From positions 1-38,106 of the forward strand of contig JBFXGO010000023.1 in NCBI GenBank assembly GCA_050239825.1: a stretch of DNA of 38,106 nt, written 5' to 3'. The DNA is from a bacterium (lineage in GTDB: Bacteria; Hydrothermota; 32-111). This document shows positions 1-8,095 of this stretch, piece by piece. Below the pieces are notes generated by a model, which had not been told where the DNA came from, searched no databases, and saw nothing but the letters and a program-made list of their open reading frames with translations. Each line of letters starts with the position of its first letter. Positions within the stretch are counted from its first letter, which is position 1. The position numbers were made by a program, and so were the translations under genes.

Positions 1-29
1 TTGTGAATGTCTATTCCGCCGTACAGCAT
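1..29 (-). CDS. 5' end of an IS110-family DEDD transposase/recombinase (runs off the window start)
   Basis: Reverse complement of 1-29 reads ATG CTG TAC GGC GGA ATA GAC ATT CAC AA = MLYGGIDIH(K/N), resembling the IS110 N-terminal GID motif. AGGAGG Shine-Dalgarno at 40-35. Only 9 codons are visible and the ORF track does not list it. Confidence 0.8.
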
Positions 30-110
30 ATAAACCTCCTTGTTTTCTTGCAATTCTATTACCACTTAAATAAAATCGCAAGAACTTAGACACTCTTTCA
101 TTATATGCTT
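1..110 (-). mobile_element. Left end of an IS110-family (IS1111-type) insertion sequence
   Basis: Minus strand reads AAGCA-TATAAT-GAAAGAGTGTC, then a hairpin, AGGAGG and ATG. The 12-mer GACACTCTTTCA (89-100) is a perfect inverted repeat of TGAAAGAGTGTC (37993-38004). A terminal -10 box beside a sub-terminal IR is typical of IS1111 left ends. Confidence 0.8.
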
Positions 111-116
111 GACATC

Positions 117-145
117 TTGACATTTTAGAAGTGAAGTAGTATAAA
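117..145 (+). promoter_or_regulatory. Near-consensus sigma70 promoter TTGACA-17-TATAAA
   Basis: TTGACA at 117-122, 17-bp spacer, TATAAA at 140-145. Predicted start around 151-152. Confidence 0.65.
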
Positions 146-150
146 AAGGC

Positions 151-284
151 AAATGAGTAGAGCGAGAATAAAGTGTGAGAGCTCCTATCATAAGCCCTGG
201 CAGATGATGGCGGTGGGTAACATCTTAATTAGAAGGGAAATGCATTGAAAAGACAAAGTTTTGACTTGTCAACATTCCAATATG
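151..284 (+). ncRNA. Candidate structured non-coding RNA, possibly an IS110 right-end NCR/bridge-RNA-like remnant
   Basis: Follows the promoter at 117-145. Hairpins TAGAGC/GCTCCTA (158-187), ATCAT..GCC/GGC..ATGAT (187-208) and GACAAAGT/ACTTGTC (252-270). The family assignment rests on recalled resemblance only. Confidence 0.35.
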
Positions 285-662
285 ACAGAAGAATATTATC
301 GCGGGGAATATAGTACTCAATCACAGAGACTGAAGGCATGGAATTATGTATGGGGAGGATATTATTTCATAACCATTTACACAAAAAACAGAAAAGAGTA
401 TTTCGGGAGAATTGAGTCAGCAGGGATGCATTTAAATGAAATGGGGAAAATCGTACGAAACAATTGGTTGGAAATACCTTGTTATTTCGATAATGCAAGG
501 ATTGATGAATATATTGTCATGCCGAATCATCTACATGGAATAATAATGTTAGATGACGAAAAAGAGAACAATGAAAATAATGTAGAGACGTTGCAATGCA
601 ATGCCTCTGCAAAACACGCCAATATCATAAATAGTCAAACGGAAATGAAATATCGATTTTGA
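282..662 (+). pseudogene. Truncated REP-associated tyrosine transposase (RAYT, Y1/IS200-like)
   Basis: RLKAWNY..GYYFITI..KNR and the HUH motif MPNHLHGII are typical of RAYT/TnpA_REP. The ORF stops before the C-terminal catalytic Tyr region (WQ..YDHIIR). ATG at 282 is preferred over TTG at 261. Confidence 0.8.
582..610. repeat. GTAG-type REP palindrome inside the RAYT ORF
   Basis: GTAGAGACGTTGCA-A-TGCAATGCCTCTGC is an imperfect palindrome starting with GTAG, translated as VETLQCNASA. Confidence 0.7.
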
Positions 663-669
663 AAAGGGT

Positions 670-702
670 AAGAGGGAGGGTTGTCTGAATGCCCTCCCTC
701 TT
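670..702 (-). terminator. Intrinsic terminator after ftsZ (possibly bidirectional)
   Basis: AAGAGGGAGGG / CCCTCCCTCTT inverted repeat just downstream of the ftsZ stop, followed on the minus strand by ACCCTTTTC. Confidence 0.7.
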
Positions 703-716
703 GGGGGAGTATGAAA

Positions 717-1847
717 CTAATCGCTTGCTCTTCTCTGATATGCCGGCTTATCCAAATCATTTTCAGGAACCGTAATTCTCTTCACGCTTACAGCGGCAAG
801 AATCTCTTCGTTTTTCTTATCCTCTTTTTTGTTCTGTGAGCCGAACAGTTCAAGGACATCCGCTTTCTGCTGTGTCTGGACTGCCTGTTTATCCCTTGAA
901 ATTCCTGTCGCCACAATTGTTATTCTCAGTTCGTCTTCAAAAGCGTCATCAAATGCGGCGCCCCAATTTATGTCTGTGTTGCCTCCCGCTCTCTTTCTTA
1001 TTATCTCCATAGCATCTTCTATATCCCCATAAGCCATATTGGAAGGCCCCGTGAGAGTTACAAGCATGGCTGACGCTCCCTCTATGGAAGAGTCCTCAAG
1101 TATAGGGCAGTCAAGAGCTATCTGAGCCGCGCTCGCTCCCTTGTCTTCTCCTTTTGCCGAACCTACTCCTATAACAGCGTCGCCTCTGCATGTCATGACC
1201 GCCTTCACATCGGCAAAATCTCTGTTTACAAATCCGGGCCTGATGATTATATCGGAAATTCCCTTTGCCGCCTGATAAAGTACGGTGTCGGCCGCTTCAA
1301 AAAGTTTGTTTAACGGAGTGGTTCTGTCGGAAATGTTCTTCAGTTTTTCATTTGGAATAACGAGCATTGTATCAACAGCCTCTTTCAAAGAGAGAATGCC
1401 GCCGGATGCGCTGTTTATTCTTTTGTTTCCTTCAAAATTAAATGGCTTTGTCACAATTGCAATTGTGAGTATTCCAAGCTCCTTTGCTATTTCAGCGACT
1501 ATCGGAGATGCCCCTGTCCCTGTTGCTCCGCCCATTCCCGCTGTTATGAAAAGCATATCAGCGCCCTCTATCGCCTCCCGTATTTCATCTCTTGATTCTT
1601 CAGCTGATTTCTTTCCAACATCCGGATTTCCGCCTCCTCCGAGGCCTCTTGAGATGTTCTTTCCAATCTGAATCTTCACGGATGCCTCTGAACGGCTCAA
1701 AATCTGCTGGTCTGTGTTGATGCTTATGAAGTCAACTCCGGTAAAACCGTATGAAATCATGCGGTTTATCGCATTTCCGCCCGCACCGCCCACTCCGACG
1801 ATTTTTATCTTCGCCGGCTGGATTGTTTCTTGAACTGGTATAAACAT
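717..1847 (-). CDS. ftsZ: Cell division GTPase FtsZ
   Basis: IKIVGVGGAGGNA, INTD, tubulin-signature variant GGATGTG, NxDFADVK loop, C-terminal core DLDKPAYQRR. Confidence 0.98.
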   Translation of the reverse strand: MFIPVQETIQPAKIKIVGVGGAGGNAINRMISYGFTGVDFISINTDQQILSRSEASVKIQIGKNISRGLGGGGNPDVGKKSAEESRDEIREAIEGADMLFITAGMGGATGTGASPIVAEIAKELGILTIAIVTKPFNFEGNKRINSASGGILSLKEAVDTMLVIPNEKLKNISDRTTPLNKLFEAADTVLYQAAKGISDIIIRPGFVNRDFADVKAVMTCRGDAVIGVGSAKGEDKGASAAQIALDCPILEDSSIEGASAMLVTLTGPSNMAYGDIEDAMEIIRKRAGGNTDINWGAAFDDAFEDELRITIVATGISRDKQAVQTQQKADVLELFGSQNKKEDKKNEEILAAVSVKRITVPENDLDKPAYQRRASD

Positions 1848-1868
1848 TTTGCTCCCCCTTGTGATATT

Positions 1869-3095
1869 TTACAATTTAAACATATCTTTGAAAAAATTCA
1901 AAAATCTCATGAATGAACCGTCAAATGAAAACTGATTCCTCTGTTTTATTCCTCCGGACTCCTTGAAAATATCCGCCGCATAGAGAAGCATTCCGACACT
2001 CACAGCAAATGAGGGATTGTTGAGGTTGTCGGTGATTCCGGAGAGACGCTGAGGCGTGCCGACTTTGACAGGCAGGTTCGTCTTTCTTTCGAATCTTTCT
2101 TTTATGCCTCTTAAATTCGCAGTGCCTCCTGTTAAAACTATTCCGGCATTGAGCTTGCTGAAGAGTCCGCTCTTCTCTATCGACTGTGAAGTAAGTTCGA
2201 TTATTTCATCAACTCTCGGAGCGACTATCTCAAATAACCCGGCGGTTGAAATCGTTCTGTTCTCCCTGTCATTCAAGCCGGGAGCAGTGAATGTTTCATC
2301 CGGTGAGACAAGCTCCTTGATGCATGATCCGTATTTCAGTTTTATAGCTTCGGAGTCATTTTTTGTAAGACGCAATCCTATTGATATGTCCTTTGTTATA
2401 TGGTCTCCGGCGATGTCTATAGTATCTATGAATCTGAGTGCATCGTCGTTGAAGACGGAAATTTTGGTCGAACCGCCTCCTATATCAATAAGAGCAACTC
2501 CCAAATCCATCTCCTCTCTGTCGAGTATTGAATTGTATGCCGCTACATGCTGTGAAATCATTTCGCTAATTTTAAACCCGCTTCTCTCAACAGCATTGTT
2601 AATATTCTGAATGAGAATATTCTGAACAGCTATCACCATGGTCTCCGCAGAGAGCTTTGAACCGAGAAGACCTACGGGGTTCTTTATGTTGGTCTGGTCG
2701 TCAACTGTGAACTCTTTAGGTATCACATGAAGTATGTTGCTGTCAATTGTGAGGACGACTTTTGCCTGCGCAATGACTCTCACGACATCCTCCGCAGTTA
2801 TCTCTCCGCCCGCGTGCTTTGTTGCTATTATGCCCTTGCTTGCAATGCCTATGGTGTCACTGCCTCCTATGGAGACGAATATATGTTCGGCTTTTCTGCC
2901 TGCCATTATCTCTGCTGATTGGATTGACTCTTTGATAGCCGATATTGTCATGTCTATGTCGACTATTCTGCTCTTTGCCATGCCATTGTTTTTTGCATTT
3001 GCAAAACCGCTTACATTTATGCTTCCATTCTCGTCAACAGAAGCCATCAGTGTCTTTACGCTGGAAGTACCGATGTCAAGCACTGTGATATCCAT
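1869..3095 (-). CDS. ftsA: Cell division protein FtsA
   Basis: LDIGTS, IDIGGGST and VLTGGTA actin-fold motifs, C-terminal amphipathic helix (FLNFFKDMF), directly upstream of ftsZ. Confidence 0.97.
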   Translation of the reverse strand: MDITVLDIGTSSVKTLMASVDENGSINVSGFANAKNNGMAKSRIVDIDMTISAIKESIQSAEIMAGRKAEHIFVSIGGSDTIGIASKGIIATKHAGGEITAEDVVRVIAQAKVVLTIDSNILHVIPKEFTVDDQTNIKNPVGLLGSKLSAETMVIAVQNILIQNINNAVERSGFKISEMISQHVAAYNSILDREEMDLGVALIDIGGGSTKISVFNDDALRFIDTIDIAGDHITKDISIGLRLTKNDSEAIKLKYGSCIKELVSPDETFTAPGLNDRENRTISTAGLFEIVAPRVDEIIELTSQSIEKSGLFSKLNAGIVLTGGTANLRGIKERFERKTNLPVKVGTPQRLSGITDNLNNPSFAVSVGMLLYAADIFKESGGIKQRNQFSFDGSFMRFLNFFKDMFKL

Positions 3096-3108
3096 ATAAC
3101 CTCACTTT

Positions 3109-3852
3109 TTATTTTTTTACATAAATTGCATTTTTAAACCTGAAGTCAAGCACCCTGTACTCTGACTCGGTCACCTGCCTCAAGTCCGGAAGAGCCTGTC
3201 CCGCCGATAACACGACAGTCTTTCCGTTCTTGAGTTTCACATATATATTTGAACCTCCGAATTCAACTGATTTGACGGACTCCTTGTTTTTTACCAGCTG
3301 TTTGTGGATTGTCGGAAGCCCCGGAATATCGAACATTGATTTTATTTCTCTCCTATCCGTGTAAATGGGTATATAGTTGACACATTTCTCAGTGGCTTTA
3401 TAGACAGTCAGGTCATTGTTAATAACCTGCTCGCCATTGACTAAAAACATCGGATACCTCCTGTAAAGAACCACCTTGAGAGTCGAAGGAAGCTCCCTCT
3501 TGACACTCCTTACGCCGTATTCGCTGTTACTGTTGTCAAAATGACTCTCTATCTCTCTGACTTTGATTTTGTTCAGGTTCTTTCCCTCAAAGGCGGATAA
3601 CAGAGAGGCATCCATTGCAGTCTTTTCATTAACCACAACAATCTTTACTTTTTTCACGGCAAATGCAGAGCTGTGAGTTAAAAAGTATCCTGTTCCGAAT
3701 ATCAAAAGCGAAATCAGAAGTCCGAAGAATAGAATCTTTGCGGCTATGCGGGGTATAAGATGAATAATCTTCTTCTTCTTTTTGCTCTTCAGGGAGTGAG
3801 CCCTGTAAAGATAATCGCCTTTGTTAGAATAGTATTTCGATTTCATATTCAA
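3109..3852 (-). CDS. ftsQ: FtsQ/DivIB-like divisome protein (divergent)
   Basis: Basic N-terminus, one TM helix, POTRA-like SVKRELPSTLKVV, C-terminal LDFRF. Occupies the canonical position before ftsA. Confidence 0.8.
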   Translation of the reverse strand: MNMKSKYYSNKGDYLYRAHSLKSKKKKKIIHLIPRIAAKILFFGLLISLLIFGTGYFLTHSSAFAVKKVKIVVVNEKTAMDASLLSAFEGKNLNKIKVREIESHFDNSNSEYGVRSVKRELPSTLKVVLYRRYPMFLVNGEQVINNDLTVYKATEKCVNYIPIYTDRREIKSMFDIPGLPTIHKQLVKNKESVKSVEFGGSNIYVKLKNGKTVVLSAGQALPDLRQVTESEYRVLDFRFKNAIYVKK

Positions 3853-4651
3853 GTTTTATGTTGTGTTTTTCCATTACTCTTTTTCGTATCTCCTCGGAGA
3901 GCTTTAGAAAATTTTGGCTCTTGCCATCTGCTTCATTTACTATGAAATTGGCGTGCTTTTTCGAGACGCATACTCCATCTTCGCACACTCCTGCCATGCC
4001 TACTGAATGAATCAGCTTCCATGCAGGATTATCGGGCGATGGGTTCTTGAAGACGCAACCGAGGGATGGCTTGTCAAGAGGCTGTGATTCTCTTCTTTTA
4101 CTGATAATTTCATTTGTTTTATTTTCAATTCTCTCCTTTGAACTTTTTTCAAAGTGAAAAGTGAGTGATTCTATGGGTTCATCTATAGATGATTTTCTAT
4201 ATGAAAACTTTGCTTGATTCTTCTTAACCGAATTTCTCGAAAGGGTGTCAAACTCGATGAGGTTGTCGGATATGCATTTTTTGTTTGCACCGGCATTCAT
4301 CAAAAGCATACCTCCGAGGCTTCCCGGTATCCCCGCGAGCTCCTCGTATCCGGTCAAAAGATTCTCTTTCATAAATGAAAGAAGAGATGCAACTCTGACC
4401 CCGGCTCCGGCTTTTACAATACCGTCTCTTGAAAGTTCAATTTTCTCAAATTCCGAACCGAGTATTATGAATGTATAATCATACTTATCTGAGGCAAAGA
4501 GAATATTGGACATTGCTCCGAGAATCTTGGGTCTCTTCATTCCCGATGCCTCAATGAGGTCGGAATGGTTCTCTGCTATGAGAACATCTGCTTTTTCTCC
4601 GATTTTGATATAGGATGCTTTTTTAAGAGAAAAGTCTTTAATTCTTCTCAT
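3824..4651 (-). CDS. murB: UDP-N-acetylenolpyruvoylglucosamine reductase
   Basis: GIPGSLGG..MNAGA, FSYRKS, PSLGCVFKNP, KHANFIVN, LEYEI. Start placed at ATG 4651, overlapping the murC stop. Confidence 0.95.
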   Translation of the reverse strand: MRRIKDFSLKKASYIKIGEKADVLIAENHSDLIEASGMKRPKILGAMSNILFASDKYDYTFIILGSEFEKIELSRDGIVKAGAGVRVASLLSFMKENLLTGYEELAGIPGSLGGMLLMNAGANKKCISDNLIEFDTLSRNSVKKNQAKFSYRKSSIDEPIESLTFHFEKSSKERIENKTNEIISKRRESQPLDKPSLGCVFKNPSPDNPAWKLIHSVGMAGVCEDGVCVSKKHANFIVNEADGKSQNFLKLSEEIRKRVMEKHNIKLEYEIEILF

Positions 4652-6026
4652 TTGAAAGCTCCTCGGAAAAAAGCACGGAATACTTGTTGATGTCTCCGGC
4701 ACCGATGAATAGGAAAATAGTATTCTCCTCAATAAATTGTTTTAGATACGATGGAAGATTGCCTTTGTCTTCCACATAGTGGGCATTAACTCCAAGATTT
4801 TTTTGTATCTCTTCAAAGAGAATCGCCCCTGTGACTCCCTCTATTGGTTTTTCTCTTGCTGGATATATGTCCGTTACGATGGATATGTCCGATTTGGAGA
4901 GTATCTCTGAGAACCTTTCTTTAAGAGAGAGTGTCCTCGAATACAGATGCGGTTGAAATACTGTGACTACCTTGTAATCCCCCATATTTCGCGCAGAATT
5001 TATTACTGTGAATATTTCGGCTGGGTGATGCGCATAATCATCCACTATAAATATATTTTTCTTTTCATCTTTGTAGAGTATCTCGAATCTTCTCTTGACT
5101 CCAGTGAATTGGGACAAAGCCTCCTTAATAACTTTAAAAGGAATCTCCATTTCAATTGCAACTGCGGCCGCGGCGAGAGAGTTCAGTATGTTGTGTCTCC
5201 CGGGAATATTTATAACTATCTCTCCGAGAGGCATGTTGCGGGATACAAGCTGGAATCGCGATCCGAGAACCTTCATCTTGACCTCTACCGCTCTGACATG
5301 AGCTTTTCTTGAAAAACCGTATGTAATGGTTTTGGAAGTTATTCTGTCCATTACATCCACATTGTTGGCATCGTCAAGACACATTATGACAGCTCCGTAA
5401 AAAGGCACTGAATTTGCAAATTTTATAAAATGCTCCTTTATCTCTTCCAGGTCCTTGTAATTGTCCAGATGGTCCTCATCGATGTTTGTTATCACTGCCA
5501 TTGAGGTGAATAGCTTGAGAAATGATTTATCGCTCTCATCCGCCTCCGCTATGAGGTACTCTCCGGCTCCAAGGCGCGCATTGGCATCCTCAAAAACCTT
5601 TACCTGTCCCCCGATAATGATTGTGGGATCAAGTTTGGCATTGTGGAATATCTTTGCTATCAGGGAAGTCGTAGTGGTTTTACCGTGGGTGCCGGCGACT
5701 CCGATTGAAAACTTCATCCGCATGAGCTCAGCCAACATCTCTGCCCGCGGTATCACGGGTATTTTGTCTCTTTTAGCGCGAACCAATTCGACATTGTCGG
5801 CCTTAACGGCAGATGAATATACGACTACATCGGCATCTCCGACATTATCCTCACAATGTCCTATCTTGATTGATATTCCGATGTTTCCAAGATGCTCCGT
5901 TATCTGCGACTCTTTCATATCGGAGCCGGAAATGCTGTAACCCATGGATTTGAGAACTTCGGCTATGCCGCTCATGCCGATTCCTCCGATTCCGACAAAA
6001 TGGATGTGATATATATTCTTAAACAT
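4638..6026 (-). CDS. murC: UDP-N-acetylmuramate--L-alanine ligase
   Basis: HFVGIGGIGMSG, GTHGKTTTT, EADESD, DDYAHHP, FQPHLYSRT. Confidence 0.98.
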   Translation of the reverse strand: MFKNIYHIHFVGIGGIGMSGIAEVLKSMGYSISGSDMKESQITEHLGNIGISIKIGHCEDNVGDADVVVYSSAVKADNVELVRAKRDKIPVIPRAEMLAELMRMKFSIGVAGTHGKTTTTSLIAKIFHNAKLDPTIIIGGQVKVFEDANARLGAGEYLIAEADESDKSFLKLFTSMAVITNIDEDHLDNYKDLEEIKEHFIKFANSVPFYGAVIMCLDDANNVDVMDRITSKTITYGFSRKAHVRAVEVKMKVLGSRFQLVSRNMPLGEIVINIPGRHNILNSLAAAAVAIEMEIPFKVIKEALSQFTGVKRRFEILYKDEKKNIFIVDDYAHHPAEIFTVINSARNMGDYKVVTVFQPHLYSRTLSLKERFSEILSKSDISIVTDIYPAREKPIEGVTGAILFEEIQKNLGVNAHYVEDKGNLPSYLKQFIEENTIFLFIGAGDINKYSVLFSEELSNEKN

Positions 6027-7029
6027 ATCTTTCTATTGTCTCTATCTGGTTTGAAAACATCTCTTCATTATGCATATTCTCTCCTCTCATATTTTCTATT
6101 CTGTTCAATTTTTTTATGAGAGACTCTCTCGTCAGACTCTTCTCGGAAATGAAATCAAACTGTTTGTTCTTCCTGATGAGAGAGAGTATATTCATCTTCT
6201 GTTCGTCATTCGATGCCGATGAAAGCGGCACAAAGAGAGCCGGCTTGTTTGTGAATGCTATCTCTGCAACAGAGAGAGCCCCCGAACGGGCTATGATGAT
6301 GTCCGCCAATGAATACAGCCAGCCCATGTTTTTATAAAAAGATAGAATGGTCATTTCGCTTCTCTTTTCAAATTTGTCATAGCTTTTTCCCGCAACCACA
6401 ATAAGATGGTATTTGTTTGTTTCATAAAGAATCTCAATAATCTTTTTTGTCATTGAAAGAGCCCCCTGGCTTCCTCCGATAATGAGTATCTTTTTTCTGT
6501 TTGTATTTACATCGATGTCGCCGTTTTGCTTTACAGGTTTTCTGATGTCGCTTCTAAGCACATGTCCTATAAATACAGCCTTACTGTTATCGATATGCCT
6601 GAACGGGGGCTTGTAAGCAGTAAAAATTTTATGCGCAAACAAGGAGAATATCCTGTTTGCTTTGCCTATAAGCGCATCCTGCTCTATTGCGAGAAGCTTT
6701 TTGTTCATCATCACTGCGGCAAGTCCCATAGGTCCGGATGTATAGTTGCCGGCGACAAATACAGACGAAGGATTCTTGTCATAAATTAGTTTTACTGCCT
6801 TCATGAAATTCTTCGGGAAGGAGATGATGTATCTTGCGGGTGAAAATGAACCCAGAGCAAATTCAACAGGGTTTAATCCGTAGCTTTTGTATATCGTCTT
6901 TTCAATATCTCTTGCGCCGCAGGTAAATACTGGGGAGACGCTTTTTAAAGAGAGACCTATTGTGATTGCAGGTATTATGTGGCCTCCGGTGCCTCCGGCT
7001 GAAATAATTATATTTCTTTTATTTTCCAA
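6019..7029 (-). CDS. murG: Lipid II synthase (GlcNAc transferase) MurG
   Basis: AGGTGGHI, EQD..GKANR, GGSQGA, ARSGALSVAEI. Confidence 0.95.
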   Translation of the reverse strand: MENKRNIIISAGGTGGHIIPAITIGLSLKSVSPVFTCGARDIEKTIYKSYGLNPVEFALGSFSPARYIISFPKNFMKAVKLIYDKNPSSVFVAGNYTSGPMGLAAVMMNKKLLAIEQDALIGKANRIFSLFAHKIFTAYKPPFRHIDNSKAVFIGHVLRSDIRKPVKQNGDIDVNTNRKKILIIGGSQGALSMTKKIIEILYETNKYHLIVVAGKSYDKFEKRSEMTILSFYKNMGWLYSLADIIIARSGALSVAEIAFTNKPALFVPLSSASNDEQKMNILSLIRKNKQFDFISEKSLTRESLIKKLNRIENMRGENMHNEEMFSNQIETIERYV

Positions 7030-8095
7030 GCCTGTTCTCCCTTGCTATATTCATAAGTATTCCCACCATTGCGAGATTGAAAATCATCGCAGTGCCTCCG
7101 TATGAAATAAACGGGAGGACCAGACCTGTCGCCGGCAGTATTTTTAAAGAGATTGTCATGTGCACAATTGCCTTAGTGAAAATCATTACCGTCGCTCCAT
7201 AGGCAAGGGCTTTGTGGAAGGAGTTGTATGAATTCTTGGCAACTGCTATCCCAATCCGAAGGAAGAGCAGGAAAAGCCCTATTAAAAGCATGCATCCCAC
7301 GAAGCCCATCTCTTCGGCTATCGTGGTGAAGATGAAATCCGAATGTACCTCGGGGATGAAGAAAAGCTTGAATTTACCCATTCCGATTCCCTCTCCAAAA
7401 AAACCTCCGTTCGCTATGGCGAGTATTGAATTTTCGGTCTGTTCCGATTCAATTGACCCGATAAGCATTTTAATCCTCGACATTGCATGAGAATATTTAA
7501 ACATATAGATTACGCCGCCCGTAAGAATTACGGAGGTCATAGAAATTATGTAGCCCTTAGGAATGTCGGAAATCAAGAGGAGAGCGAGAACAAAGACAAA
7601 CATTAGGGCGGCTGTCGAAAAATTCGGTTCAATCGCAACAAGGCCTATTACAAGAGAACATATCAGCAGGAGTCCGATTATCTTGGAGTGAGATTTATTA
7701 AAGGACTTGTAAGAGGAGATAAATGCCGAGATATATACAAGAAGAAAGAATTCGGCCATCTCCGAGGGCTGAAAATTCATGAATTTGAGATTAAGCCACC
7801 TTTTTGCGCCGTTGATTTCTTTGCCGACTGCAAGGACGAGTATAAGAAGGATTATGGAGAGCAGAAGTCCGGGAAAGGCGATTTTTTTAAGATTCTCAAG
7901 TCTCCATTTGTATAGAAAAAAGAGAATTGTTACGCCGATAATTATGGAGCGAAACTGTTTTAACACATAATAAAAAGGATCATTTGAGCACTGTGACAGC
8001 TGAGACGCCACAAAAGATGAGGCATTGAAAAGAATGAATAGTCCGGAAAGGACAAGTATAAAGACAAGGATGAAGATCTTTCTCTCTTCAGGCAT
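7019..8095 (-). CDS. ftsW: SEDS peptidoglycan polymerase FtsW
   Basis: Multi-TM protein with GAKRWL, FQPSE, PEVHSDFIF, LPFISYGG. Start placed at ATG 8095, overlapping the murD stop. Confidence 0.95.
   Translation of the reverse strand: MPEERKIFILVFILVLSGLFILFNASSFVASQLSQCSNDPFYYVLKQFRSIIIGVTILFFLYKWRLENLKKIAFPGLLLSIILLILVLAVGKEINGAKRWLNLKFMNFQPSEMAEFFLLVYISAFISSYKSFNKSHSKIIGLLLICSLVIGLVAIEPNFSTAALMFVFVLALLLISDIPKGYIISMTSVILTGGVIYMFKYSHAMSRIKMLIGSIESEQTENSILAIANGGFFGEGIGMGKFKLFFIPEVHSDFIFTTIAEEMGFVGCMLLIGLFLLFLRIGIAVAKNSYNSFHKALAYGATVMIFTKAIVHMTISLKILPATGLVLPFISYGGTAMIFNLAMVGILMNIARENRLGK

Noticed and set aside
261..281. TTG start at 261 for the RAYT ORF
   Set aside because: It lies within a hairpin of the candidate ncRNA/IS-end. 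RAYT-like sequence begins at about ATG 282.
4652..4732. Longer murB start at 4732 (likewise ftsW 8164 and murE 13328)
   Set aside because: These create longer overlaps with the upstream gene. Downstream ATGs near the upstream stop codons fit better.
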